From: Octopus sinensis
Taxonomy: Eukaryota
Direction: 5' to 3'
Length of the DNA stretch: 37,296 nt
Assembly (NCBI RefSeq): GCF_006345805.1
Contig: NW_021835927.1
Coordinates: forward strand, 1-37,296
The notes under the pieces were generated by a model, which was not told where the DNA came from, searched no databases, and saw only the letters and a program-made list of their open reading frames with translations. Below, one piece after another: positions 13,003 through 24,132 of this stretch (positions are counted from its first letter, which is position 1; each line of letters starts with the position of its first letter). The translations under genes and the position numbers were made by a program.

Positions 13003-13170
13003 GGGGATTAGCAGAGTTGTTAGAGCATTGGAACAATGCCTTGTGGTATTTGTTGCTGCTCTTTACATTCTTAGTTCAAATTCCACCAAGCAATTTTACC
13101 TCTCATCCTTTTGACATTGATAAAATACAGTACCAGCCAAGTACTGGGCTCAATATTATCAACTAACTCC
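13003..13170 (+). mobile_element. Decayed SINE with a central 'tcatcctt...gataaaat..gtaccag' domain (MetaSINE-like)
   Basis: gcagagttgttagagc...ttagttcaaattccacc...tcatccttttgacattgataaaatacagtaccag. The domain name is from recall. Confidence 0.6.
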
Positions 13171-13239
13171 TCTCCTTCAAAACTTTTCACATCTAGTAAG
13201 CATTATAAAATGAAATTGGAACAAGTTCTTGATTAGTGC

Positions 13240-13365
13240 TTAATTTTATCAACCCTGGAAGGATGAATGTCGAAGTCAACTTTGGTGGGATTTGAACTCA
13301 GAATGTGAAGGGTCATAACTTACACAAATAATACAACTTCAAGCTATTTTGTTGGATGCTCTAAT
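13240..13365 (-). mobile_element. Second copy of the same SINE, inverted
   Basis: ttttatcaaccctggaaggatgaa...gatttgaactcagaatgtgaag is a diverged reverse complement of 13062-13125. Confidence 0.6.
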
Positions 13366-13567
13366 GATTCTGTCAATCTCAGTTGCTTGACAAAACTTGA
13401 GGACCCTGATATGACAAGTGAAAAAAAAAAAAAACTAAACCCTTCAAAGTAGTACCCCAGCATGGCTGCAGTCTAATGACTGAAACAAGTAAAGGTGTTG
13501 CTTAGTTTTTCTTTACTTAGAGATGAGAGAAGCAGTAGAAAAATGTTCGTAGTATGTTGTGACTTAC

Positions 13568-13634
13568 CAAAGAGGGATTGATAAAGCGAGGCAGCCTTGT
13601 CCTGGCCACAATTCCACCTTCTAATTCGGCAGCT
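13568..13634 (-). CDS. VPS13: VPS13A/C-like exon (AAELEGGIVARTRLPRFINPSL)
   Basis: acacag|A acceptor, TTG|gtaagt donor, 67 nt. Bridges phase 2 to 0 exactly and matches 'RAAE...RxPR'. Confidence 0.9.
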
Positions 13635-13896
13635 CTGTGTAAATGGAAGAGAAAAAACAGTCAATGTTGATTAACATCTTCAGAGAATTCTTTGAAACAA
13701 TTTACTGGATGTGCATTATACAAAGTTGTTACATAAGCTGTATTTGTATACCAATGTTATACAATGACATCCTAGTTCACCCTCGTTACAGTGAGTTGTT
13801 CTGACCAATTACAGCTAAGGAATATGTAATCAGCACCAGATTAAGATCCATAGAAACCATCATCATCATCATCATCATCATCATTTAATGCAGTGC

Positions 13897-14382
13897 GTGA
13901 GACCATAATTCAAGCCAAGTGAGACCATAACCCGTGGTCTATGCCAGGGGTGTAACTAGCCCACTTATGCGTAACTTTCCTTCATTGGATACTAAACTCT
14001 GTTTGTGAAGACCTGTTGAGGCAAGTGAAATCGAAATCAAATTCGATGACTGGCATCCGTGCTAGCGGGGTGCAAAGAGTACCATCCAAGTGTGATCGTT
14101 GCCAGAGCAGCTGACTGGCTTCCGTGCCGGTGGCACATAAAAGGCACCAGTCAAGCGTAATCATTGCCAGCATTGCCTTACTGGCACTTGTGCTGGTGGC
14201 ACGTAAAAGTACCCATTACACTTTGGAGTGGTTGGCGTTAGGAATGGCATCGAGCTGTAGAAACACTGCCAGATCAGATTGGAGCCTGGTGCAGCCATCT
14301 GGTTCGCCAGACCTCAGTCAAATCATCCAACCCATGCCAGCATGGAAAGCAGATGTTAAACAAATGATGATGATGATGATGA
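13897..14382 (+). mobile_element. RTE LINE 3' UTR and tail copy
   Basis: gagaccataacccgtgg...ggagtggttggcgttagga...ccatgccagcatggaaag...(ATG)n. Confidence 0.9.
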
Positions 14383-14425
14383 CATATATATATATATATA
14401 TATATAATATATATATATGTGTGTG

Positions 14426-14467
<42 letters not shown>

Positions 14468-15217
14468 CACTCATGTAGTAAGTTTTATTTCTCTAGACAG
14501 ATTGACAGATAGACAAACAATGGAAAACCCAACAGACAAATCAACCAGCAGATATACATCTATGAATGTAGATGCCAAATTCCCTGTCCTTGTCTGAGGT
14601 AGTAGAATAAAGGGGGAAATGCACCAGACCACATAAACCGTAGAATAAATTTTTATTTTTCAAAATAAACCAAAACTAACAGCAAGATGGAAAATAATGT
14701 TTATTATTTTTATTCGACTTTATTTCTATTTGAAAAGTTTTCTCCTACTTTTCTTAATTGCAATGTCTTTGGTCAGATCTTCAAAATTAATCTTATATGA
14801 TACACCTGCTTCTATACTTAGTGCAGGCAAGGCATCCCAAATATTATTTTAGCAAGTTTAAAGTGATTTCTTTTGTGCCATAAGCCATTTATCATTTCTG
14901 TGGTGCCCCCTTCCCTTGAGGCCCTAAGCACATGCTTATTTTGCATGACGGATAATCCAGCATTGTATGTGATGCTTATTTTTCTACAAAACGACATGAA
15001 AAACCTATTCTCTTCCTTCTCTTTCTCACATAATGTCATTCATCAAATGAGAGAGCAAAACTTTACATTCTTGTAGCAATCAAGTATAATTTTGCCACAA
15101 ATCATTTTGTCTGAAACGTTAAGCCACAGACAAATTTTGATTTTACTAAAGTTCGATTACAATGTTACATAAATGAATAATCCACTAAATAGAAATAAAA
15201 AAAAAAGTTCTGATTAC

Positions 15218-15341
15218 CTTCTAAGTCCATCAAATGCCATACTGACCATATCTATGGCCCCTGCAGCAGGTTTTGTCAGCAAACCCATAATACCTTTGCC
15301 AATTCCTTTGAAGAATCCTTCTACACCATCCTCATGTGCAC
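15218..15341 (-). CDS. VPS13: VPS13A/C-like exon (AHEDGVEGFFKGIGKGIMGLLTKPAAGAIDMVSMAFDGLRR)
   Basis: aag|GT acceptor, AG|gtaatc donor, 124 nt. Contains GFFKGIGKG, typical of the VPS13/ATG2 C-terminal domain. Confidence 0.95.
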
Positions 15342-15549
15342 CTTTACAAAAAATTCAAAATAATACTTTCTTCAGGGAATTAAACAAAACAAGATACAAA
15401 GACAGTGCATCTTTTGCTTCTTAGCTTTCCATTTATTTCAAACATTATGATGTCAACATAACTCAGACCAGATGGACACAGAGCAAACAACAACAATAAC
15501 AACAAAAATGGATTTTTATTCAGCAGACGAAACCAGTGTCATTCCTTAC

Positions 15550-15673
15550 CTTTTATTGGATCTAGAATAATTCCAGAAAGTCCAAGAGCAACTCCATTAA
15601 TGAAACCTCTGGTCCCAATTGCAAGAGTTTCTGGTAGACTTTCTGGTTGCTGCATCACACGAGTCCGACGCTT
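15550..15673 (-). CDS. VPS13: VPS13A/C-like exon (KRRTRVMQQPESLPETLAIGTRGFINGVALGLSGIILDPIKG)
   Basis: cag|AAG acceptor, G|gtaagg donor, 124 nt. ATG2_C-like amphipathic Gly-rich region. Confidence 0.92.
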
Positions 15674-15751
15674 CTGCAATTGCATGAATAACAGTCTTAG
15701 TTTAGTAGTCAAGGATACACAGAACTACATATTCTCTCTCTCTCTCTCTTA

Positions 15752-15800
<49 letters not shown>

Positions 15801-15978
15801 ACTATGAGGATATATAAAAGCTCTTATAGGGATAATTTTATCCAAGTTACACTGGTTTAATACATTACGTTTTGAAGAGATATTTCTTCAATAAATATAT
15901 TATAAAATATCAAATATTATAAAATAAAAAAATGGAGAGATTTAATGGATATAAATTAATTTATTAATTGATTAACAT

Positions 15979-16496
15979 TGAGAAGACCTGGCAAGCCAAG
16001 TGAGATCATCACCATGGCCTAGTGCAGCATAACCATGGCTAGTGCAGCATAACCAGCCCATTTAAGAGCACCCTTCAATCATTGGGCAATAAACTGCGCT
16101 TGCGAAGACCAGTTGAGGCAAATGAAATCATTGTCATGGCCGATGACAGTACTGCCTGATTAGCACCCATGCCAGTGGAACATTAAAAGCACCATTTGAG
16201 CATGATCATTGCCAGCGTCACCTGACTGGCTCCTGTGCCGGTGGCATGTAAAAAACACCATTTGAGTGTGGCCGATGCCAGTACTGCCTGACTGGCCCTC
16301 ATGCTGGTGGCGTGTAAAAGCACCCACTAAACTCTCGGAGTGGCTGGCGTTAGGAAGGGCATCCAGCTGTGGAAACTTTGTCAGGTCAGATTGGAGTCTG
16401 GTGCATCCTTCTGGCTTGCCAGCCCTCAGCACAACCCATGCCAGCATGGAAAGCAGACATTAAATGATGACGACGACGATGATGATGATGATGATG
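15979..16496 (+). mobile_element. RTE LINE 3' end (last codons, 3' UTR, (ATG/ACG)n tail)
   Basis: Colinear with 11888-12388 from gagaagacctggcaagccaagtgag onward. Confidence 0.9.
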
Positions 16497-16964
16497 AACA
16501 TTCCACAGAGAGGAACTTATCAGTTTGGCTGCCAGCATTTCAAAAATTAAAGTTTACCAAAAAATTTTTTAATTTGGCACAATAATACACTTGCCTAAAC
16601 TGAATTGCTGGAATCATTTCATTTTCCCCAGAAAAATGTTTTTAAAAAGTTTCAGAGGTTTAAAGTTTGATCATTATTACCCAGTCAGGAAACAGGATTT
16701 GGCAGCTGTCATTTTGTGCCTGACTGCACATTTTGTCGTTAACATCCTAAAGACAGCACGTGTTGTCAATATTTGTAAACAACACGTTATGTCTCCAGTG
16801 ATTTTCTTTCATGTAAATCAATGTTTATGTTAATTTTAAAAATTTATGCAACAAGATCTTATTTAGCTGTAGTTTTTAGCACATCTCCCAACCACCTCAA
16901 TGGTCAGGGACAAAAAGAAACGAGTAAACAAACATTTCAGCAGTCAATATACATTTAATGCAAA

Positions 16965-17475
16965 TGCGATAAACATGTGACATGCGATCACCAGTACATG
17001 TTCCCACCACGTCTTTTTGTACACATAACATGCCCCCTCTTTTACATGGTTTTCTTTTGGGTAGAACACCCTTTTCTTGAAGCAGTATCCTCTGTTGTCA
17101 ATGTTCCCATAATAGAAACGAAGTTACTGGAGCTTGCTGCCATAATCTCACAGAACATAGCGTCAGATTTGTCAACATGTGCTTCCTCACAGAAAAAAGA
17201 CTGAATGTTAACTCTCTGCCTTCTGCAACATTTCACCAGTCCACTTCCCCATTGCCGTCTCCCATTTCCAGAATGTACCCATTTACACTCTCCATTACAC
17301 CTCCATTCATTTGACTGTCAACCATATGATGGGTCATTGACACAGCAAAAGGCATTCCCTTCCATTTTCCATTCAGTCACTGTGTAAGCCCTGAGTAACA
17401 CATGGTGCAGCATATATGAGGTACCCACCTCTTGTTTTGGTCCCCAAGTAATGTTTTGGTCACCCGAAATAATAT
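16965..17475 (-). mobile_element. Possible Merlin/ISXO2-like DNA transposon 5' remnant
   Basis: Frameshifted minus-strand peptide LLQEKGVLPKRKPCKRGH.M...W, and a doubled GGxGACCAAAAC terminal-like motif near 17450-17470. Weak. Confidence 0.3.
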
Positions 17476-17858
17476 TTATAAGTTTTTAAGTTGCCTCAAA
17501 AGCTATTTCCTCCTCATCGATTCCCTGAGAAAGTCATTGCTCTTACCCACCGGTTGATAGCGTAATAATTAATAGCAATAGCATAATGAGTTAAAAAAAC
17601 AATCCTTAAGACTAAAGGAAAATGAATTGATATCAATGGAATGTTTTTTTTTTTATAGAGATGACTTCAGCAGGGAAGAAATTTTTCTCAGACTGGAAAC
17701 TTGGCCCAAATATTTACAACAGAGTGGAATGCTAAAAGCCATCCAAAGGCCAAGTAATGGTGTTAAACCAAGTGATGGATTTTGAAAATTAGAAAGAGCT
17801 GTTTTGATAGTTGAAAAACAGAAGACAATGGTATGAACATAATTATACAGATATTTAC

Positions 17859-17944
17859 CTTTTTATAATCAGAATCAAAAGAGAGCGCAGCCAAGGCATT
17901 ACCTACAGAGCCAGTCATTAATGCCACAGATCCAGCAGTACTTC
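17859..17944 (-). CDS. VPS13: VPS13A/C-like exon (STAGSVALMTGSVGNALAALSFDSDYKK)
   Basis: ttttcactag|GA acceptor, AAG|gtaaat donor, 86 nt, phase 1 to 0. Homologous to 'GAAGxxSRITGSVGKGLAAxTMDxxY'. Confidence 0.92.
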
Positions 17945-18157
17945 CTAGTGAAAATACAAAGACAAGGCATTTTAATTTTACTATACATTATGCAATTAAT
18001 GTTATAAATATACAACAATTTTATATACTATATTATTTTATCTTATATAACCAATTTTACAAATCATACAATGTAGCTTATATAATATAATTTATTTTAT
18101 ATATTATATAATTTTGTGTACTACACAACCAATTCTAATAAACTATACAATTATAAA

Positions 18158-18991
18158 ATACTAGCAGCATAGGCCGGCATTGCCTGGGTATGTAAGAGCC
18201 CCTAGTAGGCAACGACTAATCCCAATCTAGTCCTTTCCCTCTAGGGAATGAAGGCGCATGTGTAGGTTGCAATGTCTTCTCTTCACTCAATACTTCTGTG
18301 TATACGATGTTCCTAGCTGTCCCTTTGGGCGAAAACATGAAAACATCATTGCGCCTCCCAAGAGAGTTAAAAAGGTCGAGTTGCGTCCCCTAGACAGTCT
18401 GTGGTTTGTGTTTAATACACAAATCAGTTTGCTATGTGTGCCACATATGATTTAATTAACCGATTTTTTCCAATAATAAAGTATCCTATTGGAATAAAAA
18501 GGGCCATATAGCTCCTTGGAGCAGACATGATGCTCGCTGTGAATTTAAAAAAAAATTCCTGCCAATTTGTGAAACATATTGTCGAAAATATGTCATCTTG
18601 AATTTGAATGCGATTTCCCAAAATGGCATGATTTTATCGATTTTTTCTGATGGTAAGGTATTGCATGGAAAACTAATGTCAGAATTAAGTTTCTTAGGGT
18701 AACATTAAGCTTCACCATGAGTTTGGTGAAAATCGATTGCAAGTTGCGAAAACTACAACAGAAAATATGTTGCATATAAAAAGCCTAGATTCTCGACCCC
18801 ATGTCGAATTTATCGATTTTTTTCAGAACTGGGGGAACTTTTCAAAATTTTCGCTGCGTTAGTTTTGAATTATGACATTGGGCTATGTGTGTGTCAAGTT
18901 TCATCAGAATCGGTTGAAAGCCATGGTCAGGGTGAGGGTACAACCTGACAGACACACAGACAGACAAACTGCCATTTATATAGAGAGAGAT
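18158..18991 (+). mobile_element. Probable non-autonomous Helitron/Helentron-like (HINE/DINE-1-type) element
   Basis: Starts ATACTAGC followed by the small palindrome ccggcattgcctgg. Ends with aagtttcatcagaatcgg..., (CAGA)n and catttatatagagagagat. More CpG than the AT-rich flanks. Confidence 0.6.
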
Positions 18992-19203
18992 ATAACTAAT
19001 TTTATAAACATTTATAAATAATAAAATTTTATATACTTTTATCAAATATATAACCAATTTTATATACTGTATAGCTAGCTATACAATTTTACATGTTGTA
19101 TAACTAGTTTTATTGATTTTTATGCAGTATATACTGTATAAAAATTTACATTTGTCTCTTCAGCACACCCAGTAAATATTGGTATTTTGAAATATATATT
19201 TAA

Positions 19204-20849
19204 CACAGGTACAAGATTTTCTGGGCAGGGAACACTGACGGGGTTGGGGTCGTGAGTATACTTCTCACTGAAAATGGGTAGATAAGGTAATTGAGGTAAT
19301 CAGAGTATGTGACAGAATACTTAAGATTAGATTAGTGCTTCACCATAGGTCAGTTACCATTATCTCAGCCTATGCACCTCAGCCGGGGCTACCGGAGGGG
19401 CAGAAAGACCGATTCTATGACACCCTATTGCAGACTACCTCGTTGACGAACAGCAGAAACCTTCTTTTTGCGGCTGGCGATTTCAATGGACATGTTGGAC
19501 AACGTGCAGGGGGCTTTCATGGCATACATGAAGGCTATGGTTTTGGTTCCCGCAATGAGGAGGGAACCAGACTGCTAGCAGTCTGGTTCCCTCCTCATCA
19601 GTTCTGTGATGCAAATGATCTTATGGTTTGCAATACCAACTTCAGGAAACCTGCCCATAACCTAGTCACCTATCGTTCTGGCAGATACACTAGCCAAATT
19701 TCCTCGCCAGAAAAAGGGAAAGAGAGCTGCTTATAAATGCCAAAACCTTACCAACAAAGACTGGTAGTTAGTGACTTTAGGATCAGGACTAAGAGGACAA
19801 CCAGAAGACGACCAACATGGAGAAGAAGGGGCTGGAAGCTTAAAGATCCTGTGAATGGACGGAGATTTAGAGACATATTACTTGAAGCCTTTGACGAAAT
19901 AGAAGGGGATATAGCTTCACATGGGGTAGAAGACAACTGGAGGTTTCTAAGGGACAACCTGTTGAGAGCCACTGACCAGATCTGTGGTTGGTGCAAAGTC
20001 TCCTCTCGACCCAAAATAACGTGGTGGTGGAACAATGTTGTTGACAGGGCTATTAGAGAAAAGAGACAAGCTTGGAAGGACCGGAAGAATGGTGGTAGCA
20101 GGGAATTGTATCAGACTGCCAAAAGAGAAGCTAGGAGACAGGTTTATTTAGCCAGAGGGGAAGCAGATAAGAAAAAATTTGCCAATGTTCTGCGCCGTGA
20201 GGACCAAAGACTTGAGGTACTTCGTGTTGCAAGACAGTATGTGAGAGAAAATCGTGATGTGGTAGGAGAGAAATGTGTTCGCATGGAGAATGGTTCACTT
20301 GCGCTAAAGGAGGATTCAAAGAGAGAGGTATGGAGACACCACTATGAAAGGTTACTGAATAAAGAAAATGAATAGGATAAAGAGAGTCTGCCGAATGTCG
20401 ACCCAAGAGAGGGACCAGCTATCCGAGTTGACAGTTCCTTGGTAATTAAGGCAATTAGAAGCATGAAGACAGGGAAAGCCCCAGGCCCATCAGGAATTAC
20501 TGCAGAGATGCTCAAAATATCTGGCAGTGTCGGCTATAGCCTAGTCACCCGTATAGTAAACCAGGTGATACACGAAGGAGTCATACCCAATGACTGGTGT
20601 AGCAGCATAATAGTCAACTGCTACAAACGTAAAGGTGACGCCCTAGATACAAATAATTACAGAGGTATCAAGCTGTTGGATCAGGTAATGAAGGTAATGA
20701 GAGGGTCATAGCCCAACTAATTAGAGAGAGAGTCAGTTTAGAGGAGATGCAGTTTGGTTTCGTGCCAGGGAAAAGCACCACTGATGCCATATTCCTGGTA
20801 AGACAGCTGCAGGAGAAATACCTGGCCAAAGATAAACCTCTGTACCTGG
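19204..20849 (+). pseudogene. RTE-clade LINE ORF fragment: APE endonuclease, linker and start of RT, truncated at both ends
   Basis: Motifs ISAYAPQ, GDFNGHVG, NTNFRK, WWWN, KAPGPSGITAEMLK, NYRGIKLL, MQFGFVPGKSTTDAIF. Frameshifts split it into ORFs 19335, 19737 and 20439. Confidence 0.95.
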
Positions 20850-21256
20850 AAAAAAAATAAAAACAAAAGCACTGAAAGCCAGAAGGAATACACAGTAAGG
20901 GTATTGGATTGACACTCGGTTTAAGATGTGAAAAACAGGAGGTGTGACATTTTGTGCAAAAGGAATGAAGAAAGGTCCAGAAAGAAGGAAAAGAATAGTC
21001 CAAAAGTTGTGCTTTTCTTGGCTTTAATGATATTTATCCAACTCATGCCATTAGGGAGACAGACATCAAATGATGATATATATATAAATCTTTTCAAGTT
21101 TCCCCATATTGGACAGTTTGACAGGATCCAGTGATTCAGAATACCACATTGTGCATCAACGTCTTAATGCTGGCATAATTTCTACAGCTGGACAATAATC
21201 CTTTCTATTCTAGACTCAAGACATGAAATTTTGGGGAAGCAGATGCTAGCTGATTA

Positions 21257-21522
21257 CACTGGACAACAAAGATTTTGCTACTGGGGTAAAAGCATGTGTT
21301 TTATACCAAATCGAGGATGCTGCCGGAATGTGTGGTATGTGTATCTCTCGCTCTGTGTAATTTCTGTTTTAACTGTGTTCATTGTGTTAGAACATGAATA
21401 GGAGAAGCTGTGCATCACCCAGACAACTTTTGTTATGTCTGTGGAAAATTTGCTTCACGTGACCAGCAGAAGAACATTGCCACCAACTTAAAAACTTATA
21501 AATATTATTTCGGGTGTAAAGT
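21257..21522 (+). mobile_element. Possible 5' remnant of a Chapaev3 (CMC superfamily) DNA transposon
   Basis: Starts CACTGGACAACAAA. ATG at 21394 gives MNRRSC[frameshift]HHPDNFCYVCGKF...TYKYYFGCK, resembling the 'PDxFCYICG...YFG' zinc-finger N-terminus. Family assignment is from recall. Confidence 0.55.
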
Positions 21523-21574
21523 GGTTGGAAGGGCACCGAGCTGTGAAAACCAGACTAAAACTGACCTTGCCTGT

Positions 21575-21753
21575 ATGAGCACCCAGCCCACTCTGTGGAG
21601 TGGTTGGTGTTAGGAAGGGCATCCAGCTGTGAAAACCATGCCAAAACATACTCCGAAGCATGGTGCAAGCTCCTGCCTGGCCAGTTTCTGTCAAACCATC
21701 CAAACCATGCCAGCATGGAAGGAGGATGTTAAACGACAATGATGATGATGATG
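21575..21753 (+). mobile_element. RTE LINE 3' tail copy
   Basis: gagtggttggtgttaggaagggcatccagctgt...ccatgccagcatggaagg...(ATG)n. Confidence 0.85.
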
Positions 21754-21789
21754 AAACAACCTCATAGAGATTCCCTCATTTGCAATGGT

Positions 21790-21955
21790 AGTAATGTTGA
21801 TGATAATAATGGTGATGATGATGATGACAATAATGGTGATGATGATGATGATGACAATGATGATGTATAATGGTGACATTATGATGGTAGTGATGATAAT
21901 GATGACTGATGAAGATGTTGATTGATAAAGATGCTGATGATGGTAATGATGTCAT
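21790..21955. repeat. Imperfect (GAT)n microsatellite immediately downstream of exon 22006-22081
   Basis: Direct reading. Confidence 0.9.
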
Positions 21956-22005
21956 GTGATTTATAGCCCAATAAAAGGGAAACATTACCAGAAACATCTC
22001 CTTAC

Positions 22006-22081
22006 CTACAGTATGTCCCAGGAGACTTTGAACTCCTCGCACCAGACCTTCAGTGAATTCATCAGTTCCCTGAATTGAGCC
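22006..22081 (-). CDS. VPS13: VPS13A/C-like exon (GSIQGTDEFTEGLVRGVQSLLGHTVG)
   Basis: ttttcag|GGC acceptor, G|gtaagg donor, 76 nt. Matches the GAxQGPEEFxEG...SLxGHTVG pattern. Confidence 0.94.
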
Positions 22082-22223
22082 CTGAAAAGAATTTTTCAAT
22101 TGTGAGGGAAGGAAGGCAACTGATTTTAGGGAGTACAAAAATGTATATTAACCCCTTTCCTTGTGTGTGTTTGTGTGTATGCGTATGTATACATATATAT
22201 ATATACAGACATACACTTTTATT

Positions 22224-22627
22224 CTTTTACTTGTTTCAGTCATTTAACTGCAGCCAGGCTGGAGCATGACCTTGAAGGGTTTGGGCCTAAAAAATTGACC
22301 CTAGGGCTTAATTTTTAAGCCTAGAACTTATTCTATAATTCTCTTTTGTTGAACCACTAAATTACAGGGATGTAAACACAACATCAGTTGTCAAGCAGTG
22401 ATGGGAGGGACAAACAATGACACATACATACATACATATATATACACACATATATATATACACACACACATATACGAAGGGCTTCTTTCAGTTTCCATCT
22501 ACCAAATGCACTCACAAGCCTCTGGTCAGCCCAAGGCTATAATAGAAGACACTGTCCCAAGGTGCCACACAGTGGGACTGAACGCAGGAACATGTGGTTG
22601 GGAAGTAAGCTTCTTACCACACAGCCA
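22224..22627 (-). mobile_element. Octopus-type tRNA-head SINE, near full length, with an internal microsatellite
   Basis: Minus-strand head tggctgtgtggtaagaagctt...gttcagtccc (A/B-box-like). 3' module cagcctggctgcagttaaatgactgaaacaagtaaaag. Confidence 0.8.
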
Positions 22628-22737
22628 TGCTTGCACCTATATACATACACACATATATATATATATATAGTTATACACACATGCATATATACATATGTAT
22701 ATATGTGTGAGTGTGTGTGTATATATTTGTGGATGTG

Positions 22738-22838
22738 TGGCTGTGTGGTAAGAAGTTTGTTTCTCAACTACATGGTTCCAAGTTCAGTCCTACTGTGTAA
22801 CACCTTGGACAAGTTCTTCTACTCTAGCCGTTTGGACC
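22738..22838 (+). mobile_element. 5' head of the same SINE family, opposite orientation
   Basis: tggctgtgtggtaagaag...gttcagtcctactgtg...caccttggacaagttcttctac, roughly 80% identical by eye to the reverse complement of 22535-22627. Confidence 0.8.
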
Positions 22839-23450
22839 ATATAATTCCCCTCTTCACACTCTTATCACTTCCCTTTCTCTCTCTTTTTCTTCATCTCCAC
22901 TTCCGCTAACCATGTGACAGCATCATGCATAGGCTGACATTGGGTCACTACTCATACTTTATCTGCCTCTCACTCTCAATATAACTTCCCTCCCCCCCTC
23001 TCTCTGTCTGCATTTCTTTAACGTCACCCCAGAACATTATCCCTCTGCTAAACATTGTATTTCCAACCCTTTTTCTCTATGTATCTCTCTTCAATTAACT
23101 TTTTAACCATGTAATGACTATTACTTTCCCTCTACCTTGTGTCGTTAACACTTCACTCTCCCTCCTTTTCTCTAGCTCTTTACCTCTCCCTTCACCTAAC
23201 CACATGACAGCATAATGCATATGGGTGCAGTGCATTAATATATAGATGCTCAAACACACACACAGTGTTTCTCAACCACTCCTATGTCATATTCATAATC
23301 AGAAATGTTATGAATCACTGGTTGCCCCACTAGAAACCCAATACCAACAATACTACAGCTTACCGAATATGATATAAAAAAATAAAAATAAATACAAGTG
23401 ATATGTTCATATTTCTGTAGAGCACAAAAGTGAGTATAAAAACGTCTTAC

Positions 23451-23646
23451 CAAGAATGGTTCATAGAAAAGGTCTCCTAATCCCTGGGTAAAATCTCGGA
23501 TTAATCCATAAGGATTTCCAAGAACATCAAGACCTAAAACAAGGACATATGCTTGCTGAATAGCTTGATAGAAATAGTGAGACTGGATGTGAGAGAGTAA
23601 CTGGCCAACTGTTAACATAACACCCTTGCAGTCAAAATATGCCATC
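23451..23646 (-). CDS. VPS13: VPS13A/C-like exon (MAYFDCK...QQAYVLVLGLDVLGNPYGLIRDFTQGLGDLFYEPFL)
   Basis: ttcag|G acceptor, TTG|gtaag donor, 196 nt. Contains the VPS13A/C hallmark GLDVLGNPxGL...FYEP. Confidence 0.96.
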
Positions 23647-24132
23647 CTGAAATGGAAGGTTAAAAAAAACAATACAAAAGATATTTCTATAAATCAACCA
23701 AAAACAATTGTCTGGACAGCATGTAGTATTTTAGCTATTTATGGGAGTAACAACTCTACCTGTTATGAGTTCTGGATCTAAGGTTACATATGATGTCATT
23801 GATAACTGGAAAAACGAATGTGCAAACTGTCGACCAACGCCATTTTAATATTGTTAGATAATTTGACATGTAAGAATAGTCAACTGTTTTCATATGTAAC
23901 TTTAGTTACGGTTAAATTTGGGGTGGTCATCTTTAGCCAATTAAATACACACACTACTTATTTTTTCTTCAGTTAAGATTTTTTTTACTAAATTTGTCAT
24001 TATTTTCATGATTAATTGAAACAACAGCAATGAATTTTGTCAACAGAAATATAGTAACAAAAAGGTTAACGTTATATGATTTTTGTTCTGATAAAAGGGA
24101 TAGCAAGGAGATTTTCTAAAAGCCATTGTTTA

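Noticed and set aside
13455-13495. Stem plus GAAAC of the shared 3' module as a hammerhead
   Set aside because: The required CUGAUGA is absent before the stem (it reads UGGCCGC or UGGCUGC).
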